From positions 22,776 through 86,775 of IMG/VR virus record IMGVR_UViG_3300023184_000070: a DNA stretch of 64,000 nt, one strand, 5' to 3'. The notes under the pieces were generated by a model, which worked only from the letters and a program-made list of their open reading frames with translations, had not been told where the DNA came from and did not search any database. Positions 8,536-17,138 of the stretch are shown here, one piece after another. The translations under genes were made by a program, and so were the position numbers. Source of the stretch: a virus. Numbering within the stretch: the first letter of the stretch is position 1; each line of letters starts with the position of its first letter.

Positions 8536-10914
8536 TCAGTGCGAGTTGTAGACTAATTGCTGCTGTAAATCTTTGGATTCTCGTAAGTAACTCAATTGCT
8601 GTGTGGTGGTATCAATAAACTGTTTCATTAAATTAATTTGCTCTTGCATGAGGTCTGATGGGTCTTTTTTATTAGCGCCAGTTAACATAGACATGCCAGC
8701 ACCTAGCAATCCACCCACAGGGCCCATTGCAGATGCAGCGGTTGTAGCAGATTTACTGTTAATTATATCATTGATCATGCCAGATATATTTGTCATGTTT
8801 AGAGTAACTGGTATTGTGCGTCCACCTTCAAGCGGAACAATTGCTTCTGGGCCGTGTAGTTTTTCCATATAACCACTAGCAGGTCCGTCAGAAACACCTC
8901 CTAGTTTTTTGCCTTTTTCGCTAAAAAACATTTCCCTAACACCACCAAGCACACCGCCCACTACTGCACCTGCTGCACCCATACTTGCGCCACCAACTGC
9001 TGTCCCTGCCAGTGGTGCAATTGCAGTACCAACAGTTCCGCCTATCATCAGACCAGCAGTACCACCAGCAATAGCACCTTCGCCCACTGCTAGACCAACA
9101 CGTTTAACTTTATCCCACATGGATTCAGTTAATGACATTGTTGCACCTGCAATTGCATTCATTGTCTTTGCTGCTGCCAGCGCTTCAACAGCAAACGCTG
9201 TAATAGCTCCTGTTAATTGTTCTTGTAGTGCGACCTTAAGTTTTTGTACACCAATCTCAAGTGCAGCTACATTTACATCCAACGCTGCTTGATTATTAGC
9301 AGATTTATCAGCATTTTCTTTTGCTTTGTTTGCCGCTTCTTCTGTATAGTTAGTATGCAATATCAGTTTATTAGTAAACTCACCAAATTGACCAGCTAGC
9401 CCACCTACTAGTACGCCTGCGGTGTTAATAGTTGAATCCATGTTTCTCACTGATTCACCTAATTTACCGCCAGCAGCCAGAGTGTCCTGAGCCACTTGAT
9501 CTCCAGTTTTAGTTGAATTCAAGACATTGTTCATAGCTTCATCTAAATAAACACCAGCTTGTTTGTTATTGGCTAACAATATATTAGTGTTCTGATCTAT
9601 AACTGTGCCACCAGTTAATATCTTTTCAATAAATCCTTTTTGCAACTCTTCAGGCATAGATCTCAATGCACCCTGAAATCTTGCATTTTGCTCGGCTGTT
9701 AGCTTGCTGCTGACTTCAAGTCGCATGGCATCAGTTCTAGCTTTTTCTACTGCTTTTTTTGCATCTTTGCCAGTAATGTCAGATAGTATTTTTAGGCTTT
9801 TACCATATGACAATGTTTCCTTAGCAACTTCGGCATCAGTGCGAGCCCTATAGTCACCTGCTGCTTTTTGATTTGCCATCATGGATGCAGCTAGACTGGC
9901 TTGTTCTTCAAACCCATATCCCAGTTTGATTAACTGTGTATCAACCCCGGAATTTTTAATTGCAGCACCAACTTTAGATAATTTAGTTGATGCTTCACCA
10001 AACCCCATGCCTAAAAATACTAGATCGTCTTTGCTGTCCTTTAGTGTTTTAGCCCACTGCTCAACTGTTAGGCCAGCTTTACTGGCTTCTTTACGCATCT
10101 GCGTCATACCACCTGCTAGTACTATACCAGCGGCAGTAATGTCCATATAGCTCTTGCGCTGTTGCTCAAGTGCTGTTTTTAATATGTCTAGGCGTTTTTG
10201 CTCGGCTTCACTGGCTTTTTTAGCCACGTTTGCAGCAATTGCTCCATATATTTGCATGCCGGTACCAACTACTGCTGCGGCTATACCAAGTTTGCCTAGC
10301 ATACCCCGGGATCCAGCTAGCGCACCAAATGACGATATTGCACTACCAAGACCTCTAGTGAACTCAGCTGCTGCAACTGCTGCTTCGCCTTCGGCCTTGG
10401 CCAGTGCTATGCTGGCTTGACCGGCAATCTCTACACCACTGGCATTGCTCAATAAAGATTTTTGGAAGTCCAAACTGGCCATAGCCAGATTGAATGCAAT
10501 ATCTATAGATGCTACAGCAAAATTTGCCACAGCCGCAGTGGCATTACTTAGGGCAGCTCTTGCAGCTAACCCAACTTTTGCTCTATTGGCTACTGCTACT
10601 TTATTATCTCTATTGGCACGGCCCATTACATCATCTGTGGCATGTACAGTATCTTCAAGTGCTTTGATTTCGTCATCTAGCTTTTTCATTGCATCTGTGA
10701 CGTCAATCATGCCAGTTTTCTGACCGTCGGCAATGTTCAGTATGGTTTTGCTAACAGAAACCGATTCTCTCATCGATTTAGTGCCCTCTTTGATACGCTT
10801 GGTAAATTCTTCAACAGATTCACTAGCAGCACGTTCGGAGGGGCTGACGTGAGCATCCCCAAAGAATCTTGCAAAAAGTCTTTCCATCTGTTCAGATGTA
10901 ATTGGATCACTCAT
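8536..10914 (-). CDS. Tape-measure-like protein (gp29-like)
   Basis: 792-aa Ala-rich helical protein with Gly-rich hydrophobic stretches and a 'HGPEAIVPL' C-terminal motif; adjacent to gp26. Confidence 0.7.
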   Translation of the reverse strand: MSDPITSEQMERLFARFFGDAHVSPSERAASESVEEFTKRIKEGTKSMRESVSVSKTILNIADGQKTGMIDVTDAMKKLDDEIKALEDTVHATDDVMGRANRDNKVAVANRAKVGLAARAALSNATAAVANFAVASIDIAFNLAMASLDFQKSLLSNASGVEIAGQASIALAKAEGEAAVAAAEFTRGLGSAISSFGALAGSRGMLGKLGIAAAVVGTGMQIYGAIAANVAKKASEAEQKRLDILKTALEQQRKSYMDITAAGIVLAGGMTQMRKEASKAGLTVEQWAKTLKDSKDDLVFLGMGFGEASTKLSKVGAAIKNSGVDTQLIKLGYGFEEQASLAASMMANQKAAGDYRARTDAEVAKETLSYGKSLKILSDITGKDAKKAVEKARTDAMRLEVSSKLTAEQNARFQGALRSMPEELQKGFIEKILTGGTVIDQNTNILLANNKQAGVYLDEAMNNVLNSTKTGDQVAQDTLAAGGKLGESVRNMDSTINTAGVLVGGLAGQFGEFTNKLILHTNYTEEAANKAKENADKSANNQAALDVNVAALEIGVQKLKVALQEQLTGAITAFAVEALAAAKTMNAIAGATMSLTESMWDKVKRVGLAVGEGAIAGGTAGLMIGGTVGTAIAPLAGTAVGGASMGAAGAVVGGVLGGVREMFFSEKGKKLGGVSDGPASGYMEKLHGPEAIVPLEGGRTIPVTLNMTNISGMINDIINSKSATTAASAMGPVGGLLGAGMSMLTGANKKDPSDLMQEQINLMKQFIDTTTQQLSYLRESKDLQQQLVYNSH

Positions 10915-10926
10915 GAGTTTGTAGCC

Positions 10927-10952
10927 TATAAATATAGTGTATCAATTATTTA
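10927..10952. promoter_or_regulatory. Face-to-face late promoters (+ TATAAATA 10927-10934; - TAAATA 10947-10952)
   Basis: Both motifs lie in the short gap between the divergent tape-measure and gp26 genes. Confidence 0.65.
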
Positions 10953-10966
10953 CCGGAATCAAAAAC

Positions 10967-11830
10967 ATGGAAACAACTACTTTACCGAATACCGCCGCTA
11001 ATCCCTTAGCCAAGTACTTTAGACAACCTGCAATTTACATTAAACTACCTGGGGCAGGCAAATTCTGGGCAGAAGGGTCACTGAATTTGCCAGTCAACGG
11101 TGAAATTCCCATTTATCCCATGACTACTAGGGATGAAGTTACGCTGAGAACTCCAGATGCACTCATGAATGGTAGCGGTGTGGTCAGTGTAATCGAAAGC
11201 TGCTGCCCAAACATTGTTGATGCGTGGAAAACCCCCACAGTAGATGTAGATGCTATATTGATTGCTATTCGCATTGCCAGCTACGGACAGCAGATGGATG
11301 TCGAAACCACTTGCCCGCACTGCAACGAAAAAAACAGTCATGCGCTGGATTTGATCAATTGTCTAGGCGGAATACAATGCCCCGATTATTCACACCCAAT
11401 TGCAATTGACGAATTAAAAATAAAACTTAAATCTCAAATCTATTTTGGGTCAAATCAGACTGATGCTATCAATTTTGAAGAACAAAAAATGATACAGGCC
11501 GTAAATGACTCTGCTATGGCAGAACCAGACAAGATGCAGCTAGTGGCCAAGAGCATGCAGCGCATAATTGAAATTGGGCTCGAGTCTGCTGCTCATTGCA
11601 CAGAATACATTGAAATTGAAGATGGTACTCGAGTACGTGATGTTGAGTACATCAAAGAGTTTTATAATAATGCCAAAGGCAGCATATTAAAAACAGTCAA
11701 GGATCACCTGACTAAGTTTAATCAACAGGGTGCAGTCCCATCCCAACCAGTAGCTTGCTATGAGTGTAAGAAAGAATTCACAGTACCATTACAGTTTGAT
11801 TACGCAAGTTTTTTCGCGCAAGGCTTTTGA
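10967..11830 (+). CDS. gp26: Baseplate hub assembly protein (T4 gp26-like)
   Basis: 'IKLP', 'DVDAILIAIR.ASYG', CPHC and CYEC motifs, C-terminal 'SFF'; ATG at 10967 preferred over GTG at 10937. Confidence 0.85.
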   Translation: METTTLPNTAANPLAKYFRQPAIYIKLPGAGKFWAEGSLNLPVNGEIPIYPMTTRDEVTLRTPDALMNGSGVVSVIESCCPNIVDAWKTPTVDVDAILIAIRIASYGQQMDVETTCPHCNEKNSHALDLINCLGGIQCPDYSHPIAIDELKIKLKSQIYFGSNQTDAINFEEQKMIQAVNDSAMAEPDKMQLVAKSMQRIIEIGLESAAHCTEYIEIEDGTRVRDVEYIKEFYNNAKGSILKTVKDHLTKFNQQGAVPSQPVACYECKKEFTVPLQFDYASFFAQGF

Positions 11831-12045
11831 CATTAACCAATGATGAAATCGTAGCCTTGCTAGATGGCTACGATAAAGAGTCAAAAGCCCTAAAAAAAGA
11901 AGCACTTACACTAGCATGGTACATGCGCGGAGGATTAAGTTACGAGGAAGCCATGTATCTCAGTCAGAACGAACGAGAAACCATTGGTAGAATTATCGAA
12001 AGCAACATGGAAGTTGTTAAGAAAACAGGTATGCCATTCTTCTAA
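11827..12045 (+). CDS. gp51: Baseplate hub assembly catalyst (gp51-like); possibly reached by -1 frameshift from gp26
   Basis: 'WYMRGG.SY.E.M.LS..ER' pattern; position after gp26; weak TTG start. Confidence 0.65.
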   Translation: MTLTNDEIVALLDGYDKESKALKKEALTLAWYMRGGLSYEEAMYLSQNERETIGRIIESNMEVVKKTGMPFF

Positions 12046-12153
12046 TCGCATAACTTATCCAATTTAACCTGCAGAATAAACTACTATACAATCAAGAAAC
12101 CCATCTACCTAAATAAATTTACCACTAACAGTGGTTTATAAGGAGATTACAAG

Positions 12154-12387
12154 ATGGATATTCTTGCAAATGTAAAAAAATGGGCTAGCAATCTAGCAGA
12201 CGCAGGCGTGAGCGTAATTGCTCTAGCCATTGTACTGGAAATTTTATTTAAAGGGACTGTAATCCCATTTTTCCCAGTAGGTTCAGTTATCACTAACGTG
12301 ACCACAATCATCGGTGCTTTAGGTTCCCAAGGACTAGTAGGACTAGTTGCTATTTGGGTATTATACGGTATCTGGAAAAACAAGTAA
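12154..12387 (+). CDS. Small membrane protein with two hydrophobic segments (77 aa)
   Basis: Strong AAGGAG RBS, TAAATA at 12110-12115, hydrophobic helices and a basic C-terminus. Confidence 0.75.
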   Translation: MDILANVKKWASNLADAGVSVIALAIVLEILFKGTVIPFFPVGSVITNVTTIIGALGSQGLVGLVAIWVLYGIWKNK

Positions 12388-12514
12388 ACTTGTATCTAGC
12401 AAAAGAAAGACAACATGCTCATTTGTGTGTTTCTTTCTTTATCTCTATATAAGACTTCTTACAGAAGTCTGTTGTTTCGCTATCGCTCACAACATTATTC
12501 TCTATCTTTAATGG

Positions 12515-12845
12515 ATTAGTATCATCCAGATTAACTGGTCATAATTCACCGTATGCACGGTGAATTGAAAAGGCATCATCCGAGTAGCCCAGTCATCTAT
12601 TCTAATGAGATTGCCTTGCGGCGCGGAGGCGGTTGACCGGTACCCCCTACTCAAGCTTCACATATCAACGGAACCCTAGTGATCCGGAATAGACCCAAAT
12701 CCTATAGGCTGAGGTTGCATCTTTTTCGCATAGCCTCAATCATTTATTACCTTAAGTTAGTAATTTTCTTTGGCATCCAAGATCCGGACCGGGTATCTCA
12801 CCGTTCCTCAATGGAGCGTGGCCTAACCACGCACAGCGCCTATGA
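12515..12845 (-). ncRNA. Candidate large structured ncRNA of unrecognised family
   Basis: Intergenic stretch with many nested and crossing complementary segments and a GCAA tetraloop on the minus strand; starts right after the GIY-YIG stop codon. Confidence 0.6.
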
Positions 12846-12849
12846 TGTA

Positions 12850-13308
12850 TTAACTTGTTGGACTTTGTGTCTTTGGGAGATTGATTTTGTTTATAATGTG
12901 TGAGCCATGTACCCTGCAACTTATCTGTCCATTATAATAATCTTGTGACTCTAAGACCTTGCGGTCAAATTGTTCACGTGCTTCAATGTAGGAGCACAGG
13001 GCTTTTGATGAGCAGTAGCACAAGATCTCTCTCTGGAACTTGTCTGCCCCCAGCAATTCTACATCCCGCCGCAACTCATCGTTGCTGCCGTAGTATTCTT
13101 GCCAGTCACTGTCGATCTTGCTGCGTATCTTCTTTTTCTTCTTGATCCCGTTCTTTTGCTTGACCACACGATATGTGGTCTTGGCAAATTTGGCTAGCTT
13201 TTTGCCCACGTACTTTCTGTCTGTGGCGGTATTTGTGATAAGATACACAAAACCTACACAGTCTTCGGGTAATTGTTCAACGGGCATATTCTGATAGAAC
13301 CAAGTCAT
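12850..13308 (-). CDS. GIY-YIG family endonuclease (DenA/Seg-like single domain)
   Basis: 'GFVYLITN...RKYVGKK', 'YYGS', conserved 'E' and 'YYN' motifs. Confidence 0.85.
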   Translation of the reverse strand: MTWFYQNMPVEQLPEDCVGFVYLITNTATDRKYVGKKLAKFAKTTYRVVKQKNGIKKKKKIRSKIDSDWQEYYGSNDELRRDVELLGADKFQREILCYCSSKALCSYIEAREQFDRKVLESQDYYNGQISCRVHGSHIINKINLPKTQSPTS

Positions 13309-13367
13309 ATTTGATACAGCAAGAGGCTGTATTATAGTTATGACTCATGCAGTCTGACCTGCTAAAT

Positions 13368-15137
13368 TTATACAGTTTCAACATCGGTATTGTAGGTGGT
13401 AAACCCATTTTCTTTGACCACAGTCAAGATGTTGTTGACCCGCCCGGCTAGTTCATCTTTGTGACTGACCAGCCAAATGCTCTTGTGAGCTTCTCTGCTC
13501 ATGCGTTTTAGGATAGCCAGTGCGCTTTCCACACCCGATGCATCCATACCCGAGTCTACTAGTTCATCAATGAACAAAAGATTGACAGGTTGATACAAAC
13601 TTTCCCAAACATCACGGAACGCCCACGACAGACTCAGTATCAGTCTATTGCGCTCGCCCCGGCTGAGGTTGTCAAAGTCTAACTCTCTGCCCAATTCAGT
13701 TATGCTCACTGTGAGATCGTTGTTGAACTTGACCACATGTGGCAAGCCAATACGGTCCAAGTACTGCCCTAGTCTTGCGTTCAAATAACTTAAATTTTGA
13801 TCAATAATGCGTTTGCGTATAAAACTGTCTTTGTTGGTCAACAGTTTCAATAAAAATTCTTGATGATCCCGGACATTGCCTAACTCGTTGATAGTGTCGT
13901 AAGTAACAGTCTCTAAGGCCTGTGTGCTCATTTCTTCTATCTGTTCTGCATATGGATCTGCTTCTGCGTGTTTGCTGGCAATTTGGCTTAATATATTAGC
14001 CATGCTGCTGCGATGTTCAAATGCATCGCTCTCGCGATCGTAGTAGACTCGAGGCTGCGCACCTGCCGCGCCTATTTCTGCTAGCGCACCAGTCAGTTCA
14101 ATCCATTGACCGTTGGTGGCCAATACCTGTAGTGCAGCTTCTTGTAATTCTTTTTGTTTCTTGGTCATGGCAGTCGCATGATCACCATCGTGCAGATCCT
14201 GCCCACATGCATGACATCGGTGATCCTCTAGTGCTGCAATCTCACGTTGCAGTCGTTCAACTACTTTGTTTTCGCGATCCTCGTCCAGCTCGGCACGTTT
14301 AACGGCCTTGGTTAGGTCAGAGATATCTTTCACCTGCTGATTGTATTCTGTTAGCGCCTTGTGTGCTGCCAGCTCAGCTTCGATATCTATTAGACTCAAC
14401 TCGTCGTAGCCCTTTTGCAAGTATGCTAAATCGCTGTCGTGCTTCTTCTGCCACAACACCTGTCTACGCTTAAAACTTTCAATCTGTTCTTGTATGCGAT
14501 GGTTGGCATCTGTCACTGCTTTGATGCGGAACTCTTCTTGCTGTATAGCATCTTTAGTGGCTTTGTTTAGTTCTTTAAGACGCTCTGCTTTTTCGCTTAG
14601 TACTGTAATGCCCAGCAATTGTTCAATAATAGTGCGCTGATCGTTGGCTTTCAGGCTGAGAAACGGCTCGGTATAGGTGTTTAATGCTACGATATGGCGG
14701 AACATATCCCAGCTCATGCCCAGCATGCGTTCTATGTCTGCTTGAGTTTCTCTGCTGTCGCCCTGACTCTCGTCGGTGATCTCACGCTCAACATTGCCTA
14801 CATAAAAGGCCATGGTGTTGGGCTTGCGACCACGCTCAATACGATAGTCAGTGCCGTCCTTCTCAAACTCAACAGTGACAATCATGCCCTTGCCGTTGGT
14901 TTTGTTGATCAGGTTGTCTTTGCGTATGTTGGTCAGTGCAGCACCATACAGGGCATAGCTGAGTGCATTGATGATAGTGGTCTTGCCGGTACCGTTCCTA
15001 CTGCCAGAATCATCCCCGCCTAGATCAATGTTTTCACCCAGGACCAGTGTGAGATCCTTGCGGTCAAAGTCCACAGCCTGCGTGACATTGCCCACGCTCA
15101 TGAAATTCTTAACAGTCAAATTCTTGATACGGATCAT
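13368..15137 (-). CDS. gp46: Recombination endonuclease ATPase subunit (gp46, Rad50/SbcC-like)
   Basis: Walker A 'NGTGKTT', zinc hook 'CHAC', signature 'LSRGE', Walker B 'LLFIDE', 'VSH'. Confidence 0.95.
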   Translation of the reverse strand: MIRIKNLTVKNFMSVGNVTQAVDFDRKDLTLVLGENIDLGGDDSGSRNGTGKTTIINALSYALYGAALTNIRKDNLINKTNGKGMIVTVEFEKDGTDYRIERGRKPNTMAFYVGNVEREITDESQGDSRETQADIERMLGMSWDMFRHIVALNTYTEPFLSLKANDQRTIIEQLLGITVLSEKAERLKELNKATKDAIQQEEFRIKAVTDANHRIQEQIESFKRRQVLWQKKHDSDLAYLQKGYDELSLIDIEAELAAHKALTEYNQQVKDISDLTKAVKRAELDEDRENKVVERLQREIAALEDHRCHACGQDLHDGDHATAMTKKQKELQEAALQVLATNGQWIELTGALAEIGAAGAQPRVYYDRESDAFEHRSSMANILSQIASKHAEADPYAEQIEEMSTQALETVTYDTINELGNVRDHQEFLLKLLTNKDSFIRKRIIDQNLSYLNARLGQYLDRIGLPHVVKFNNDLTVSITELGRELDFDNLSRGERNRLILSLSWAFRDVWESLYQPVNLLFIDELVDSGMDASGVESALAILKRMSREAHKSIWLVSHKDELAGRVNNILTVVKENGFTTYNTDVETV

Positions 15138-16150
15138 AGATTTCTATAGATGTCTAGCAGCAGATTTGAATTAAACTTGTCGCTGGTGATGTTGGTTATC
15201 TGGCTGGTAACAATCTGGTCAACACTTTCAAACTGTATGTTACCCAGCATAATGTTCTCGCCAAGATCAATTTCCTTTTGCGGAATCAAACTGATCTCTC
15301 GTAGACGATATGTGTCAATAAAAGTTTCTTTGATAAATGTAGCTTCTTCGTAGCTGATATCAATGTCGATATTGATTCTGCAATGCATACCTGGCAGCAG
15401 CATGGCTTCGGTGTGATTTAGCACGTCACTCAGCTTGAACACACGATACCGGGGTTGATCGGGCCAAGCATGATACACAGGGTCTTTACCCCATTCTAAA
15501 ATTGTAAGTCCACGATCGTCGTCACCAGCATCGGCATAGTTGTGCGGAAAGCAGTTGCCAATGTAGGTGATGTTCTTCTGTGTCTGTCGCTTGTGGAAGT
15601 GACCAGTAAACACATGATCAAAGTTGTTGAAGTGTTCTCTGCGCACCTCACCATGATCTGGCATGGCAACCATGGCGTTCATCAAGTATCCAGGCAGTTC
15701 AAAGTGCCCAAACATGTATTTGGCTGATAGCTTGGGGATTCGCTTGTGATCGTCCCCAACAAGCCAAGGAGCGATAACCACATCCCCACTAGCAAACCAA
15801 TCGTTAACAATTTGAATGTTCGGGAGGTGACGAGCCCAGTCAACCGATTGGATATCACGTTTATCGCGATAATACAGATCATGGTTGCCGGGAATAAAAT
15901 AAACACGATCAAAGTTATCATTTAAATGCTCTAGTGCCCTAAGACTATAGTTCAAGGTTACGATGTTGATGCTGGCTCTGTTGTTGTGCCAATCACCAAG
16001 AAACATGGCTGTTTCGCAACCTTCCGACTTGGCCTTGGCAGTGGCCCATTTGACAAAATTCAAACAGTCGTCGTTGTGTACTTGACTGTTGGACTTTAGA
16101 CCAAAGTGTATATCTGTAAAAATTGCGGCTTTTTTAAATAGATTAGTCAT
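15134..16150 (-). CDS. gp47: Recombination endonuclease nuclease subunit (gp47, Mre11/SbcD-like)
   Basis: Phosphoesterase motifs 'TDIHFG', 'LGD', 'GNHD', 'GHFH'. Confidence 0.95.
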   Translation of the reverse strand: MTNLFKKAAIFTDIHFGLKSNSQVHNDDCLNFVKWATAKAKSEGCETAMFLGDWHNNRASINIVTLNYSLRALEHLNDNFDRVYFIPGNHDLYYRDKRDIQSVDWARHLPNIQIVNDWFASGDVVIAPWLVGDDHKRIPKLSAKYMFGHFELPGYLMNAMVAMPDHGEVRREHFNNFDHVFTGHFHKRQTQKNITYIGNCFPHNYADAGDDDRGLTILEWGKDPVYHAWPDQPRYRVFKLSDVLNHTEAMLLPGMHCRINIDIDISYEEATFIKETFIDTYRLREISLIPQKEIDLGENIMLGNIQFESVDQIVTSQITNITSDKFNSNLLLDIYRNL

Positions 16151-16157
16151 TGATACA

Positions 16158-16166
16158 AGTATAGCA
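16158..16166 (-). promoter_or_regulatory. Extended -10 promoter (TGcTATACT) 7 nt before the gp47 ATG
   Basis: TGn-TATACT match; spacing and lack of an SD imply a leaderless mRNA. Confidence 0.5.
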
Positions 16167-16195
16167 GAAAACAGTGGCTAGAAGCGACGGACAAT

Positions 16196-17074
16196 TTACT
16201 CGTCTCCGCCCCCACCCCCACCACCCCGTCCCCAATCTGCTTGTCTTGAGTAGCTGGGGTTCATATTGTTCATTTCTAGGATGTCATCACGAAGATTCTG
16301 ATTACGTTTTTCAATATTAAGCACACGAGTAAAACTATTAGTAATGGCGGCGGTATAGTACGCAAAAGGATTCTGACTTTTGCTTTCATCGAATTGTAGT
16401 CCAATCTGGCTCAGTTGTAGCAGGGCTTGGCTGCGCATTTCATCGTTATAAGTGTAACCACGCCAGTTGCTGCGAGTAGCATAGCGCTCACACAGTTTCA
16501 TAAACATCAGGGCTAACTTTTTAGTCATTGCGCCGTGATCCCTGTTAAACTCTCCAGATATTAAATCACCACGCCAATGACTTTTACCTACACAAAATGG
16601 TTGAATAGCGTCATTGACTTTATAGTGTTGAAACGGGGGAAAGTTGCATTTGGTGTATTTGGTAGTGGCCAATACATCTTCGTCGTATTCGGTACGTACA
16701 ATATCTTCCTCCTCATCCTCTAAATCAAGTTTAGCTCTGGCTTTGGCACTTTTAACTTCATCTACTGGGATATGTTCCCAAGTCATAACTCGAAAAACCA
16801 CATCAGTATCTTTGATACTAGCAACGTCAATGCTAAAATCATCGAGTCTGCGTTTTTCTCCAGATGCAGCCACCGCTGCTTCGTGTGCTAGTTTGGCTAA
16901 ACGTTCGGATCTTGTCTCACGTGCTTCTAAAATACTTTTAGGAGTAATCTCAGTGACGTCATGCAAGATCATGTCGTAATCAGCATCTGTGGTTTCTAAA
17001 AACACACAGTATGTGGTTTTGCTCTTATGAATCTCTTTCAAGATGTCTTTGTTGTTGAGATAATTATGTTTGAT
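16196..17074 (-). CDS. gp55: Late-transcription sigma factor (T4 gp55 family), probable AUC start
   Basis: 'NWRGYTYNDEM', 'FDESKS.NPFAYYT....NSF.R....EK'; frame extends upstream of the TTG at 17041 through the 'HNYLNNKD' motif to ATC at 17074. Confidence 0.9.
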   Translation of the reverse strand: MKHNYLNNKDILKEIHKSKTTYCVFLETTDADYDMILHDVTEITPKSILEARETRSERLAKLAHEAAVAASGEKRRLDDFSIDVASIKDTDVVFRVMTWEHIPVDEVKSAKARAKLDLEDEEEDIVRTEYDEDVLATTKYTKCNFPPFQHYKVNDAIQPFCVGKSHWRGDLISGEFNRDHGAMTKKLALMFMKLCERYATRSNWRGYTYNDEMRSQALLQLSQIGLQFDESKSQNPFAYYTAAITNSFTRVLNIEKRNQNLRDDILEMNNMNPSYSRQADWGRGGGGGGGDE

Positions 17075-17138
17075 GGTAGTTCTCCTTATAATATATGTAC
17101 ATTTTACATTGAATAAATATTAAACACAAGAGGTTTTT

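Noticed and set aside
12515-12845. RNase P RNA, tmRNA or group I/II intron identity (GAGGAA...GUCCGG resembles the RNase P P4 5' strand)
   Set aside because: No matching 3' P4 strand, no tRNA-like ends, no recognisable P7 or domain V core and no interrupted host gene.
12679-12903. 74-aa plus-strand ORF across the structured gap
   Set aside because: GTG start, no clear RBS, antisense overlap with the nuclease 3' end; the pairing pattern is better explained as RNA structure.
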